DNA from: an uncultured Gemmataceae bacterium
Lineage (GTDB): Bacteria > Planctomycetota > Planctomycetia > Gemmatales > Gemmataceae
Assembly: GCA_963750165.1 (NCBI GenBank)
Contig: CAVVPN010000003.1
Location: 2,464,001-2,528,000 of the forward strand
Direction of reading: 5' to 3'
DNA length: 64,000 nucleotides
Below are positions 9,018 through 19,902 of the stretch, in pieces; positions within the stretch are counted from its first letter, which is position 1; the number at the start of each line of letters is the position of its first letter. The notes under the pieces are model-generated. The model made no database searches. It saw nothing but the letters and a program-made list of their open reading frames with translations, and was not told where the DNA came from. Both the position numbers and the translations under genes were made by a program.

Positions 9018-12000
9018 TCACGGCGCCGGCTGGATACCGACCTCCGGCCTGGGTGGCGTTGTCGCTGGCTGAGCGCCCCGGCTGACCGCCCGCGAACCTT
9101 CACCGAACAGCAGCAGCAGCGGACTGGCGATGTAGATCGAACTGTACGTGCCGACGATCACGCCGATCACCATCACGAACGCGAACAGGTGGACGCCCGG
9201 CCCGCCCAGGACGTAGAGCACGAACACCACCAGCCACACTGATAGCGACGACAGAATGGTGCGGCTCAACGTTTGGTTGACGCTGTCGTTAATCATCTGC
9301 GGCGTCAGCTCCGGGTTCTTGCCGCGCACCTCGCGGATGCGGTCGAAGACCACAATGGTGTCGCTGACCGAGTAGCCCACCAGCGTTAACAAGGCGGCCA
9401 CCGCGGTCAGGTCGATCTTGAAGTCCTCAATCCCCAAAAAGCCCGGCCACCAGTTGTTGACGTAATGGCAACAGGCGATGATGCCCAGCGTGAAGAACAG
9501 GTCGTGAATCAGGCAGAGCACGGTCGCCACGCCGAACGTCCAGTTGCCGAACCGGAACCACAGGTACAGCAGCAGGCCGCCCCAGCTGAGCAGGATGGCG
9601 TACATGGCCCGCAAGCGCGTGTCGGCCGCCAGCTGGCTGTCGAACGTCTCCAGGCGCTCCGGCTGCGGCCGGATCTGGAACTCATGCTTCGTCTTGTCCA
9701 GCGCCTGCTTGATCTTCTCGGTCATCACCACGTCGATCGTCTTGGAGCCGGTCGGGTTGAACGTCAGCTTGGCCTGGGCAACGCGGCCCTCCTCGCTCTT
9801 GCCCATGCCGGCCAGGTCAATCGTGAACGGCAGCTCGCGCGCCTCCTTGACGCCGAACTCCTGCAACAGCTCGCGCGTCAGCAGCGTTTTGACGAAGCTC
9901 GGCGAGGCGAAATACTCCTTGCCGGTGTCCGCGTCGGTGAAGCTGACCTCCGTCTCGCGGTTGGCCCGCGGTTGCTCCAGCATGCCCTCCTTGTAGTCCA
10001 TCTTGACCTGGCGCAGCAGCGGTAGGCCCTTGGCGTTCTGCAGCAGACGGTCGATGGTCGCCTGCACCAGTTCGGCTTCCTTCTCGGAGGTGCGGACGTT
10101 GAACAGCCGGCTTTTGCTTTCCTGCTTGTTCTCCTCGGCCTGTTTCGGGTCGCGCTTCGCGTCCTCCTCCTCGTGGATGCGCGAGAAGATCAACTCGACC
10201 GACCAGTCCGGTAGTGCCGCGGCCCGTTTCGCGATCACCGCGGCGCGGGCCTCCGGCGTGGCGCCCTCGGGCTCGTTGGCCAGGTTGACGGTGCGCGCCG
10301 GCGTCTCGGTGCCGTCGGCGTTCTTGTAACGGATCGTGAAGCTGTAGCCGTTCGAGCCCGGCACCTCCGTCACGACCGGCTTGAGCAACTCCTTCTGCCG
10401 CTCCTCGTCGAACAGCTTCCGGTAGCCCTCCATGTTGCGCGCCTCGCCCAGCTTCAGCTGGCCGCCATAGGCGGTGCCGCCGCGGAAGTCGATGTTCAGG
10501 TCGTTGGGCAACCGGTAGATGAAGAAGGTCATGCCGGCGATGGTCAGGATGACGGTCGCGGTGAACCAGTAATAGCGGATGCCCATGAAGTCGATGTCGG
10601 GGCGGTGGAACAGGTGCATCATCTTCAACTGCTTCAGCCAGCCGCGCGCCTGCCACAGATCGAACATCAACCGCGTCATGTACAGCGAGGTGAACAGGCT
10701 GATGAGCAGGCCGAGCGTCAGGCTGATGCCAAAACCCTTCAACTGGTCGTTGCCCACGATGTAGAGCACGACCGCGGTGAAGATGCTGCTCAGGTGGGTA
10801 TCGATGATCGTCGGCAACGCGCGGTCGTAGCCCTGACGGATGGCCACGAGCAGGTTGGCGCCGCGCTCACGCTCCTCGCGGAGTCGCTCGTAGATGAGCA
10901 CGTTGGCGTCCACGGCCATGCCCAACGTCAACACCAGGCCGGCCAGGCCCGGCAGCGTGAAGGTGGCACCGCAGAAGGCCATGAAACCGACCGTGATGAC
11001 GAGGTTGGCCAGCAACGCAATACACGCCACCAGGCCGGCGAAGCGGTAGTAGACGAGCATGAACGCCAGGATGGCCGCGAACGCCAGGGCGATGGCGGTG
11101 ATGCCGGAGTTGATAGTGTCCTGGCCGAGCGTCGCGGCCATGGTGCTCTCGCTCACCGGTTGCGGCTTGAGCGTTGCCGGCAGCGCCCGGCGCGGAGGAT
11201 GTTGACCAGCTCATCCACCTCCTTGCTGGTGAAGCTGCCGCTGATCTGGCCGTGTGTGGTGATCTGCGAGTTGATGGTCGGCGCCGACATCACCAGGCCG
11301 TCGAGGATGATGGCCAGGTGCCGCTTGTTGGAGGTGTCGTCGCCGGTGGTGCCGGCGGACGGCACATTCTTGCCGGTCAACTCGCCGAACAGGGCGCCGC
11401 CCTCGTTGTTGAACGTGAACGACACCGCCGGCCGGCCGTCGCTGCCCGGCATGTTGACGGCGCTGACCAGGTACTTGCCGTCGATCTTCTTTTCCTTGCC
11501 GGTGGCCGGGTTGATTTCGGGGTTGCGAGTCAGCACGAAGTATTCAACCTGCTTCTGCCGGCGCTCCTCCTCGGGCAGGTTGCGGTCCTCGCAGTTCCGA
11601 CTGAAGAACAGGGCGCCGTTGAGCCAGAAGCGTTCGCCGCCGGAACCGGGCAGCTTCAGCTGCGTGGCGTAGGTGCCGGCGCGGGCGGCGGCCATCTCGG
11701 CCCAGTTACCGCTGCGGCCGGGCTCGGACTTGGCCAGGTTGTTCAGGTGCAGTTGCAACCGCTCCTGCTTGCCCAGTTCGACCCAGCTGTAGGTGACGGT
11801 GCTGGTCTCGCCGCGGGCCAGCTTGATGGTGTACGGCTTCGGATCGCCGGTGGCGCCGCCGGTGCGCGGGCCGGGCGGCGGCAGGCCCTTGAGCTGATCG
11901 TTGTCCAGTTCGGCCTTGAGCTTGTTGTTGTCCTTGGCCAGCTTGAACAGGTTCTTGGCGTCCTCGATGGCGGCCCGGTCGTCGTTCTGGTTGGCCAGGA

Positions 12001-13261
12001 TGCGGAACTCCAGGCTGCCCACCTTGGACACCAGGTCCTTGATGCGCTGCACCTCCTCGACGGTCAGGTCGCGCTGCCGGCCGCTCGCCTTGTTGCTCTC
12101 TTCGATGGTCTTCTCAATCGACTCCAGCGATGGGCCGTAGTGGTCGCGGATGAAGTCGGCCACCTCCGTGCGCGGCAGGAAGTCGTCGCTGCCCTGCTCG
12201 CCCACGAAGTCCTTGCCGAGGACGCCTTCCAGGGTGCTCATGAACGCCTGACCGATGGTGTTGCCCTTCATCTCGACGCGGCCGATCAACTCCTCGACGG
12301 CGTCGGGCTCAACGTTCTTGAGGGCCTCGAAGCGCAATTTGGCCTGCTCCGCCTCCACCTCGGCCTTGGTTTTGTCCTTGTCGTTCTTGTACTTCTCGCG
12401 CATCTTCTCGGGGTTGAAGATGTCCCAGTGCTGGGCGATCTTGTCGAGCAGCCGGTTCCAGGCCTGTTGCTTGAACCAGTAGCCGATTTCCTTCTCGCGC
12501 GAGTAGTCGTTGACGAGGTCCTTGACCCGGCGCACCATGCCTTCCAGGGTGGTAACCTGCGGCCTGGCGCCTGGGGCGGTGACCGGGGCGGTGGGATCGA
12601 ACTGAATGGCCTTGGCCCGCAGGGGACTGGTCTGGTAGTTGCTGACGGCGAACACCAGGGCCGGGCTGTGCAGTGCCACGGTAGTCGTCGCCAGGTCGAT
12701 GTCGGCGATGTGGTAGAGTTCATCGCTGAGCGGCTTGAAGTCGCGGGCTTTTTGCGCCAGCTCCTTCAGCGACTCGCGGCTGGTGAACAGTTCCTTGCTC
12801 CAGATGCGTTGCTGGAGCATTTGCTGAATGCGCAGGGCCAGTTCCTGGGTCTTGCCGCGCGGCACGTCCAGGTTTTCGAGGTCGTACTTCTTCTGCATGT
12901 CGGCCAGCAACTCGTTCCACTGCTGCTGCGCCTTTTCGGCTTTGCGGACGCCGCCGGTGGGCAGAATGATCTCGACGCGGCCCTCGCCGCCGGCCGGCCG
13001 GATGGTGACGTTGTACAGGTCGTTGGGGTCGATGCGCCGCTTGAGCGACTCGGCCAGCAGGTTGGTGTCCTGCTTGGGGTTGTAGCTGGAGCGCTCGTCG
13101 GCCAGCTGCTTGCGCGTGTCCACCTCGTAGACGAGGATGGTGCCGCCGGACAGATCGACGCCCAGCTTGAAGGTGTCGTTGACGTAGGCCGACCAGATGG
13201 CCGCGAGCGACAGCAACACCGGCACGACGCAAATAACGATTCGCCAGAAGAATGGTCGCAT
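9018..13261 (-). CDS. secDF: SecD-SecF fusion protein, split by a 1-nt frameshift at ~11186-11188 (likely sequencing error)
   Basis: KLGVDLSGG, LAIILDG..SAP, GMAVDANVLIYERLREE, IDFRGG, GYSVSDTIVVFDRIRE. Adding one base to the CCC run restores ILRAGALPATLKPQPVSE. Confidence 0.9.
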
Positions 13262-13265
13262 AATG

Positions 13266-13375
13266 GGTCCGTGGTCCGTGGTCCGGGGTCCGTTGCCGCC
13301 GCGGTCCAGTCAAAGTCAGTCCGGTCAGCCGCTCAAGCGCTGCTGGCAACGGACCACGGACCACGGACAACGAAC
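13266..13375. repeat. Inverted heptamer tandem repeats (GGTCCGT)n ... (ACGGACC)n
   Basis: ggtccgtggtccgtggtccggggtccgttgcc ... ggcaacggaccacggaccacggacaacgaac. Confidence 0.8.
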
Positions 13376-13383
13376 GAAATTGG

Positions 13384-13764
13384 TTATTTTCCGCCCGGCG
13401 CGGCGGCCTTGATGTTCTGGGCGTTGTCGGTGGCGGCCGGCGCGTCCTTGGCGTTGATGATGCGGGCGATGCTGCTCTTCAGGACGCGGAGCTTGGCGCC
13501 CCCCTCCAGGCTGAGCGTCACCTCGTCGTCCTTGATGTTGTGCACGACGGCGATGATGCCGGCGTTCGTCAGCACCTCGTCGTTCTTCTTCAGCTTGCCG
13601 AACAGTTCCTCGCGCTGCTGCTTCTCCTTGCGGTGCGCGGGCATGATGATCAGGAAGTAGAAGAGGCCGAACATCACGGCAATGGGGATGAGCATCCCCG
13701 TGAGGGGGTCCGGTCCCCCTGACGGCTTTTCTTCGGCAGCGAGTAACACCAGTGCGGTCAACAT
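13384..13764 (-). CDS. yajC: Preprotein translocase subunit YajC
   Basis: FYFLIIMP...LKKNDEVLTNAGI; located between tgt and secD. Confidence 0.9.
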   Translation of the reverse strand: MLTALVLLAAEEKPSGGPDPLTGMLIPIAVMFGLFYFLIIMPAHRKEKQQREELFGKLKKNDEVLTNAGIIAVVHNIKDDEVTLSLEGGAKLRVLKSSIARIINAKDAPAATDNAQNIKAAAPGGK

Positions 13765-13847
13765 GACGGCCACCCTCAAGAACGCGAAAACGTGCGGGTC
13801 GCAACGATTTTCGCGATTATTCCAGCACGGTAAGAGAAAGAGGTATC

Positions 13848-14957
13848 TTAAAAACTTGCTTCCCAGCGGGCAAGGCTGACTGCGCAAAACGCCGCGAAGC
13901 GCTGCTGAGCGATGGCCTGCCGGGCCTCGGCGAGCAGCCTGCCGTAAAACGCGACGTTGTGTAGCGACAGCAACGTCGGCCCGAGCATCTCGTCCGCCTG
14001 AAACAGGTGGTGCAGGTACGCCCGGCTGAAGTGCCGGCAGGCGTAGCACCCACATTCGGACTCCAGCGGGGCCGGATCTCGCCGGTGGACGGCGTTACGC
14101 ATCCGGACAGGTCCGTTCATGGTGAACGCCATGGCGTTGCGGCCGTTGCGCGTCGGCAGCACACAGTCGAACATGTCGATGCCACCGGCGACCCCGCGCA
14201 GCACGTCCTGCGGCCGGCCGACGCCCATGAGATAGCGCGGCTTGTGGGCCGGCAGCAGCGCCGCGGTCGGCGCCAGCGCCGCCAGCATCTGCGCCTCGGT
14301 CTCGCCGACGCTGAAGCCGCCCAGTGCGTAGCCGGGGAAGTCCAGCGCCGTCAGCGCCTCGGCACAGCGGCCGCGCAGCTCCACGTCGGTGCCGCCCTGC
14401 ACGATGGCGAACAGCGCCTGATCGGGCCGGGTGTGGGCGGCCCGGCAGCGCTCGGCCCAGTGAATGGTGCGGCGCACGGCGTCGCGGTGCGGGGCCAGGG
14501 CGGCGTCGCCGGGCGGGCATTCGTCCAGGCACATGGCGATGTCGGAGCCGAGGTTTTCCTGGATGCGCACGGCCCGCTCGGGCGTCAGCTCGAAGAGGGC
14601 GCCGTCGATGTGCGAGCGGAAGACGGCGCCGCGGTCGTCGATCTGGCGGCTGGCGGCGAGGCTGAAGACCTGATAACCGCCGCTGTCGGTGAGGATGGGG
14701 CGGTCCCAGGCCATGAAGCGGTGCAGGCCGCCCAGCGCCGCGATCAGTTCGTCGCCGGGCCGCAGCGCCAGGTGATAGGTGTTGCCGAGCACGACCTGGG
14801 CGCCGGCGTCGTGGAGCATCTGCGGCGTCAGGCCCTTGACGGTCGCCTGGGTGCCGACGGCCATGAAGACGGGCGTCTGGACGGTGCCGTGCGGCGTGTG
14901 CAGGCGGCCCAGGCGGGCGGCGCCGTCGGTCTGGAGTAGCTCGAAGCGGATGGTCAT
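13848..14957 (-). CDS. tgt: tRNA-guanine transglycosylase
   Basis: ARLGRLHTPHG, LGNTYHL, LTDSGGYQVFSL, DMFDCVLPTRNGR, CGCYAC, HN. Confidence 0.95.
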   Translation of the reverse strand: MTIRFELLQTDGAARLGRLHTPHGTVQTPVFMAVGTQATVKGLTPQMLHDAGAQVVLGNTYHLALRPGDELIAALGGLHRFMAWDRPILTDSGGYQVFSLAASRQIDDRGAVFRSHIDGALFELTPERAVRIQENLGSDIAMCLDECPPGDAALAPHRDAVRRTIHWAERCRAAHTRPDQALFAIVQGGTDVELRGRCAEALTALDFPGYALGGFSVGETEAQMLAALAPTAALLPAHKPRYLMGVGRPQDVLRGVAGGIDMFDCVLPTRNGRNAMAFTMNGPVRMRNAVHRRDPAPLESECGCYACRHFSRAYLHHLFQADEMLGPTLLSLHNVAFYGRLLAEARQAIAQQRFAAFCAVSLARWEASF

Positions 14958-14990
14958 GATACTTCTTTGCTGCCGCTTGCGGCTTCGCGA

Positions 14991-15030
14991 TTGACTCCCC
15001 TCGCCCCCTTCAGGGGGCGAGGGGAGTCAA
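14991..15030. repeat. REP-like palindrome (CCCCTCGCCCCC family)
   Basis: ttgactcccctcgcccccttcagggggcgaggggagtcaa. Confidence 0.8.
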
Positions 15031-15090
15031 ACACAGCGCTACACCCGAACGCAACGCGCCTTCAGCGGCAAGCGGCAGAAAAACCAACCC

Positions 15091-16078
15091 TCAGTCCCCA
15101 ACCGTGGACGTGATCTTCACCTGGTACGAACCGCTGGACTCATTCTGCCACGGGCTGGGCACAATGTGGACATACAGCCGGCCCTCGCGGTTGGGCGTGC
15201 CGGCATAGCGGCTGCCGATGACGAACGGCTCGCCATCCGTGCCGATGCGGCCGAGCAGCGTACCCGAGAAGTGCGGGCCGCGCTTGCCGCCCTGCATGTA
15301 GCCGCTAGCCTGACTCATGTACTGGCCCGGCCCCTGCGGCCACAGGTCCACCTGGCCGCTGGCTTCGATGACCAGTTTGCTGATGCCGTCCACGTAAAAA
15401 TCGGTCTCCATCCAGGCGAGTTGCTGGCTGGCGTACTTGGCGGCGTCCACGGCGAACTCGGTGTCGCTGCTGCCGCCGCGCAGCCAGCGGATGTGCCGCA
15501 CGCCCGCGACCTGCACCTGCAGGTCGCCGAAGTACTCCGCCCTGGCCTTGAGGATCGGCGAGGTGATGCGGCCAATGATCGTGAACGTCGGCGTGACGAT
15601 GACATCCTCCTGCCGCAGTCGTAGCATCTGTTCGGGCACCTTGGCGCGGATGCGCTTCGAGCGCCACGCTGACGCGCTCGCCCACCTCCGGCGAGGGCGG
15701 CCGTTTAGAGGCCGCGACCAGGGCCGGGTAAGCGTGGAAGCCCATGCCGACCAGTTCGTTGACAGCGGCGTCGCGCTCCTTGAACAGCGGGCTGCCGAGC
15801 TTCTTGAGCGCGGCCTCGATCTTCGGCTGCATGCCCTCGGGCAGGTGGATGCCGAACTCGACGCGGCGAATGTCCTTCAGGGGGACCGTCAATTTGCCAT
15901 ACTTCGTGCCAACCTCAAAGGCTTCCTGGACGATGGTCATGCGGACACGACTGCCGTTGGCGAAGAACACCTCGGCCTCGTTGTCCGCCGCGGTTGGTTT
16001 TTTCTGCACCACCTGAGCGGGGGATACGACAGGGGTAACCGTCAATACGAGGGAGAGGAGAATGCCTCGGGAGAACAT
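15091..16078 (-). CDS. Secreted hypothetical protein (HEAT-like helix plus beta-rich C-terminal domain), frameshift near 15657
   Basis: Signal peptide MFSRGILLSLVLT; TKYGKLTVPLKDIRRVEFG; reading continues in another frame as KRIRAKVPEQMLRLRQEDVI. Confidence 0.7.
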
Positions 16079-16288
16079 GACCGCCTCCTGGTCAAAGGAA
16101 GGAAGTGAAGCGGGCCTAACCATTGATTCTAGTGCTTTGGCCCGAAACAAGTCTAGGTTATCTGACGTGCAACGGGCGGCCGCGGACGGCGGGCCGGGCG
16201 AAACCCGGCCGCTGTCGCCGCGGTAGTGGTTGCGCGGGAACGCGCGTTCCCGCCCCTCACGCCCCTCGGTTTTCTCAAGGAGTCCGCC

Positions 16289-16708
16289 ATGACCCGCATC
16301 GTCTGTGCCGCCGTGACCGCCGTCCTCGTTCTGGCCGCGCCGCTGCTTTCCGGCGAACAAACCGCCAAGAAACCGCTGGGCACCTGGTCGCGCACCAAGG
16401 ACGACGCCACGCACCGGTTCACCTTCGCGGAGAACGGCGTCCACTTCCTGGGCGAAAGCAACTTCGGCAAACTGGAACTCGACGCCGACTACGCCGTCAC
16501 CAAGGACGGCCATCTGTATGGCCGCATCCGCAAGGTGATCGAGGGCGCCGGGCCGAAAGCGGGCGAGCTGTACGGCTTCAAGTTCAAGCTCAAGGGCGAT
16601 ACGCTGACCATCAGCGATTGGCAAGGCACCGGCGGGGCCGCGCTGGGGCAGTTCCTCCAGGGCGAGTACAAGAAGGTGGACACCAAGCAGGAGAAAAAAT
16701 CCGGTTGA
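16289..16708 (+). CDS. Small secreted hypothetical protein
   Basis: RBS AAGGAG; signal peptide; host-like codon usage. Confidence 0.75.
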   Translation: MTRIVCAAVTAVLVLAAPLLSGEQTAKKPLGTWSRTKDDATHRFTFAENGVHFLGESNFGKLELDADYAVTKDGHLYGRIRKVIEGAGPKAGELYGFKFKLKGDTLTISDWQGTGGAALGQFLQGEYKKVDTKQEKKSG

Positions 16709-16736
16709 TCGCTTATTAGCGCGCGTTGCGCTCGGG

Positions 16737-16798
16737 TGTAGCGGAAGTCGCCAGACTTCCCTCCAGCGCTGCTCGGAAGTCTGGCGACTTCCGCTACA
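16737..16798. repeat. REP-like inverted repeat
   Basis: tgtagcggaagtcgccagacttcc ... ggaagtctggcgacttccgctaca. Confidence 0.85.
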
Positions 16799-16830
16799 AC
16801 CCAGGGCCAACGACGCCGTTGGGAGGAGTT

Positions 16831-17295
16831 ATGCAAGGCCCGGTGGAGTCGTTCCGATTCGCTTTCCTGCCGGTCTTCCTGCTAATGCTGGCCCTGGGCC
16901 TGCTGGCGAACGGTGTCTGGCTGCTGCTCTTCTTTATTCTGAAGATCAAGACCGCTGGCCTGCCGGTGAGCCTGGGCGTTACGCCGGTGGTGGTCGTGGC
17001 GGCCGCGTTCCTGGCGGTGGTGTTCTTCCCGACCGGCGTCGGCAGCTGGGGCGTGCGCGGCTACGACTCCTGGGGCCTGTATCACAACGTCGCCTGGGCC
17101 GACATGGCGGCGGTGCGGCCGGCGCGGCTGCTGGGGCTGCGGTTCCTGCGCGTCTTGCCGCGCGGCGGCGGCCGGCCCATCTGGGTGCCGCTGTTCCTGT
17201 CGGACATGGGCCGCTTCCGCGGCCTGGTGGCGCAGCACGCCGGCTCCACCCATCCGCTCACCGCCGCCCTGCAGCAGAAATCGATCCACAGATGA
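16831..17295 (+). CDS. Hypothetical membrane protein (2 TM plus PH-like soluble region)
   Basis: RBS GGAGGAG; two hydrophobic segments. Confidence 0.65.
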   Translation: MQGPVESFRFAFLPVFLLMLALGLLANGVWLLLFFILKIKTAGLPVSLGVTPVVVVAAAFLAVVFFPTGVGSWGVRGYDSWGLYHNVAWADMAAVRPARLLGLRFLRVLPRGGGRPIWVPLFLSDMGRFRGLVAQHAGSTHPLTAALQQKSIHR

Positions 17296-17362
17296 CACAG
17301 CTGACACAGATAAAGACCAATTCAAATGTCTTTATCTGTGTCAGCTGTGTCATCTGTGGATC
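17283..17362. repeat. Long inverted repeat with internal 9-mer (GACACAGxT) units, at the convergence of two transcription units
   Basis: gatccacagatgacacagctgacacagataaagac ... gtctttatctgtgtcagctgtgtcatctgtggatc. Confidence 0.85.
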
Positions 17363-17579
17363 CTCTTGGGTCTTTTCTCTGCGCTCTCCACGTTCTCTGT
17401 GGTGAATCCTCCGGGCTAGCGCGGCACCGGCAATGGAAGTACGGCCCGTGGCGGCCGACGCGGGCGGTCATGGGGGCCTGGCAGAGCGGGCAGACGATTT
17501 GCGGCAAGCAGTCCACCGCTCCCGGGACGGCGCGCCAGGCGGCGCTCCGGGGACGGCGGCGGTGGTGCGAACGGGCCAT
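17322..17579 (-). CDS. Small Zn-ribbon protein
   Basis: CPLCQAPMTARVGRHGPYFHCRC; last gene of the cluster. Confidence 0.5.
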   Translation of the reverse strand: MARSHHRRRPRSAAWRAVPGAVDCLPQIVCPLCQAPMTARVGRHGPYFHCRCRASPEDSPQRTWRAQRKDPRGSTDDTADTDKDI

Positions 17580-17593
17580 GGGACATCTCGCAG

Positions 17594-18124
17594 TCAATCG
17601 GCAGCGGGGTCAGGGGGAGGGGCATCGGGGACAGCGACGGGCGGCGCGGGATCGACGGGCAGTTCCTCCAGGCCGGCCAGGCCGTCGGCGACCGCGACGC
17701 GGGCCTCGGGATATGGGGCGAGCAGTTTCATCAGCAACCGAGCCAGGCCGGCGAACTCGGCCCGCTGCAACAGCGGTAGCCCGTCCCGATCCGACTGCGC
17801 GGCGGCGCGGGCCAGGGCGGACCAACCCGGGGCCGTTGGCGTCTCCTTGCCGGGGCCGTGCAGCAGCCAGCATTTCGGGTCATCCCTGCGCATCTCCATC
17901 TCGGCCATGAACCGGGCGTGGGCCCGCGCCGCTTGCAGTTCCCGCACCAGCCGCCGCTTCAACAACGCGCCGTTCTGTCGCTGCCCTTGCCGCAGCCACG
18001 CCTCGAAGGTGGTCAGCGGCACTCCGAGCGAACCGGCGGCGACGTGCTCGAAGGCGCCGGCCCGAACGCGAGTGCAAATGCCCTGGATCAGGGTGTCCGT
18101 CAGGGGAACCGGTTTGCGCTTCAT
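17594..18124 (-). CDS. Terminase small subunit-like HTH protein
   Basis: LTDTLIQGICTRVRAGAFEHVAAGSLGVPLTTFEAWLRQG...AARAHAR...KCWL resembles TerS N-terminal HTH; ATGA overlap with the ABC-GNAT stop. Confidence 0.6.
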   Translation of the reverse strand: MKRKPVPLTDTLIQGICTRVRAGAFEHVAAGSLGVPLTTFEAWLRQGQRQNGALLKRRLVRELQAARAHARFMAEMEMRRDDPKCWLLHGPGKETPTAPGWSALARAAAQSDRDGLPLLQRAEFAGLARLLMKLLAPYPEARVAVADGLAGLEELPVDPAPPVAVPDAPPPDPAAD

Positions 18125-19242
18125 GAGGATCCCAACAAATTCGCGGCCAGCGGTGCGGGCAGTGGCGGGCCGACGTAGCGAAACCCCGCTGTCAGCCGCG
18201 TGGTGGCGTGCTTCAGGCCGCCCTCCGAACCGGCGGCGAACGAGGGTTTCCGCGTCAGCCGCCAGGCCCGCGAGCGGCAGCGGGCGGCGATCATCGCCGG
18301 GTGAGTGGTGGTGCTCAGGGCGCGGTAACCCAGGCCAGTCCACAGTGCCGCGATGGTGTCGCTCAGGGCGTTGCCGATGCCGACACCCTGAAAGTCCGGC
18401 AGGGTGACCGTGCGGTGCTCGCGCCGGGCCTTCGGGCCGGTGCCGAGGAACGGCAACCAGGCGCTGAAGGCCACCGGCGTCCGCCGCCAGCTGGCGAGGA
18501 AGCACACCGCCGAGCGGTTCAGCGCGTGACTCAGATAATGATGGGCAGCGAAAAGCCGCCACGCCGATGCCTGGCAACGAACGACCTCCAGTTTGATCTC
18601 CGGCCGTCGGTGAAGACACCTCCAGGTAAAACGCTGCTCGGCGGGCCGGTACGTCCAGTCCGGCTGCAACCAGTCCTCGACATCCTCATGGCAGGTGACA
18701 GCGATGAACTGCTGGCCGCGCTGCCGCACCGTTTTCGCCAGGGCCGCGCTGCCGATCTGGGCGACGGTACGGTCCACCACGGACGTGAACTCGTCGCAGA
18801 CCACCAGCGACGGCCCGTCGCCGGCGGCAGCCGTGGCCAGCAGCCGCGCCAGTGCGACGCGAAACTGCTGACCGGTGCTGAGCACCTGGAACGGCCGCAG
18901 CCACGCCGGCGGCGACGAGAAGCCCACGGCGCACAGCAGGGCCGTCACGTCCTTGATGGACATCGTGGACGGGAAGGCGTCGAGGACGCTGCGGCGCGGA
19001 TCCCAGGTGAGGGCGGTGGCGGCGTGCAGGGCGTCGGCCCAGAGGTGGCGCGCGATGGTGGACTTGCCGCAACCGCTCGGGCCGACCACCAGGCCGACGT
19101 GCCAGGGCCGCTCCTCCAGCGGCAGTTCGACGGACCAGTGGACGGCGGAGGTGTGCTCGGCGGCGAGATCGAAGATACCGCGCACCTGAGCCACGCGCGG
19201 CGACTCCACGATGGGACAGGTGACGGTGACTGTGGTGTGCAT
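18121..19242 (-). CDS. ABC-type ATPase fused to GNAT acetyltransferase
   Basis: Walker A GPSGCGKS, signature LSTGQQFR, Walker B VVCDEF, H-loop TCHED; GNAT motif A RTVTLPDFQGVGIG; no TM partner. Confidence 0.85.
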   Translation of the reverse strand: MHTTVTVTCPIVESPRVAQVRGIFDLAAEHTSAVHWSVELPLEERPWHVGLVVGPSGCGKSTIARHLWADALHAATALTWDPRRSVLDAFPSTMSIKDVTALLCAVGFSSPPAWLRPFQVLSTGQQFRVALARLLATAAAGDGPSLVVCDEFTSVVDRTVAQIGSAALAKTVRQRGQQFIAVTCHEDVEDWLQPDWTYRPAEQRFTWRCLHRRPEIKLEVVRCQASAWRLFAAHHYLSHALNRSAVCFLASWRRTPVAFSAWLPFLGTGPKARREHRTVTLPDFQGVGIGNALSDTIAALWTGLGYRALSTTTHPAMIAARCRSRAWRLTRKPSFAAGSEGGLKHATTRLTAGFRYVGPPLPAPLAANLLGSS

Positions 19243-19271
19243 GAGAAACCCAAAAAGGAGGGGACAAGGAA

Positions 19272-19330
19272 TCCGAGCCCGAGCGCCAGCGCGGGGCCAA
19301 GCAGGCCCCGCGCTGGCGCTCGGGCTCGGA
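19272..19330. repeat. REP-like inverted repeat
   Basis: tccgagcccgagcgccagcgcggggcc ... ggccccgcgctggcgctcgggctcgga. Confidence 0.85.
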
Positions 19331-19339
19331 CTTCTGGTT

Positions 19340-19894
19340 TCAGGCGATCTTGCAGTGACACGTGAGCCCTTCGCTTTGCAGTCGCAGCAGCAAGGTGAGT
19401 TGCTCCTGCTCGTCGGCACACTCGACCATGACGAAGAATTTTTCCGGGCACAGCTCGGGCGCGCCTTCCTCGTCTTCGATGCGCTGGCGGGCCTCGGCCT
19501 CCTCGCCGTCGAGCAGCTGCCACAGGTTGCGGACGGCGGCGCTGTCGGCCTCGGCGAGGTCGCGCAGCCGGGCCAGCGTCTGCTCATCGGTCTCGGCCAG
19601 CTGCGCCAGCGGGTCGATGGCCAGCAGCAGGGCGCGGGCCTCGGCGTCGTTGACATCGAGCACTTCCACGTCGAGCACGGCGTCCGGGTCCATGCTCTTG
19701 CGCAGGTGGCCGTCGATCAGCTTGAGGCGGCCGTCGGGCAGTTCGTAGGCCAGCAGCGAGCGGGCGAAGCCGATCTCCTCGTAGAGCGCGGCCAGGGCGG
19801 CGCGCTGGGCCTTGCTGTGGCGGCGCGGGTTCAACTCGTGCGGCACCAGATCGCCGGCACGCACCCGGCGGTGGTCCTTGATGCGGTTCTTCAC
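19340..19894 (-). CDS. ParB/Srx N-terminal domain protein
   Basis: LVPHELNPRRHSKAQRAAL, EIGF, LIDGHLR. Confidence 0.8.
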   Translation of the reverse strand: MKNRIKDHRRVRAGDLVPHELNPRRHSKAQRAALAALYEEIGFARSLLAYELPDGRLKLIDGHLRKSMDPDAVLDVEVLDVNDAEARALLLAIDPLAQLAETDEQTLARLRDLAEADSAAVRNLWQLLDGEEAEARQRIEDEEGAPELCPEKFFVMVECADEQEQLTLLLRLQSEGLTCHCKIA

Positions 19895-19902
19895 GGGGAG
19901 CC

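Noticed and set aside
18121..19242. ABC transporter
   Set aside because: No permease or substrate-binding gene nearby; the ATPase is fused to a GNAT domain in a packaging context.
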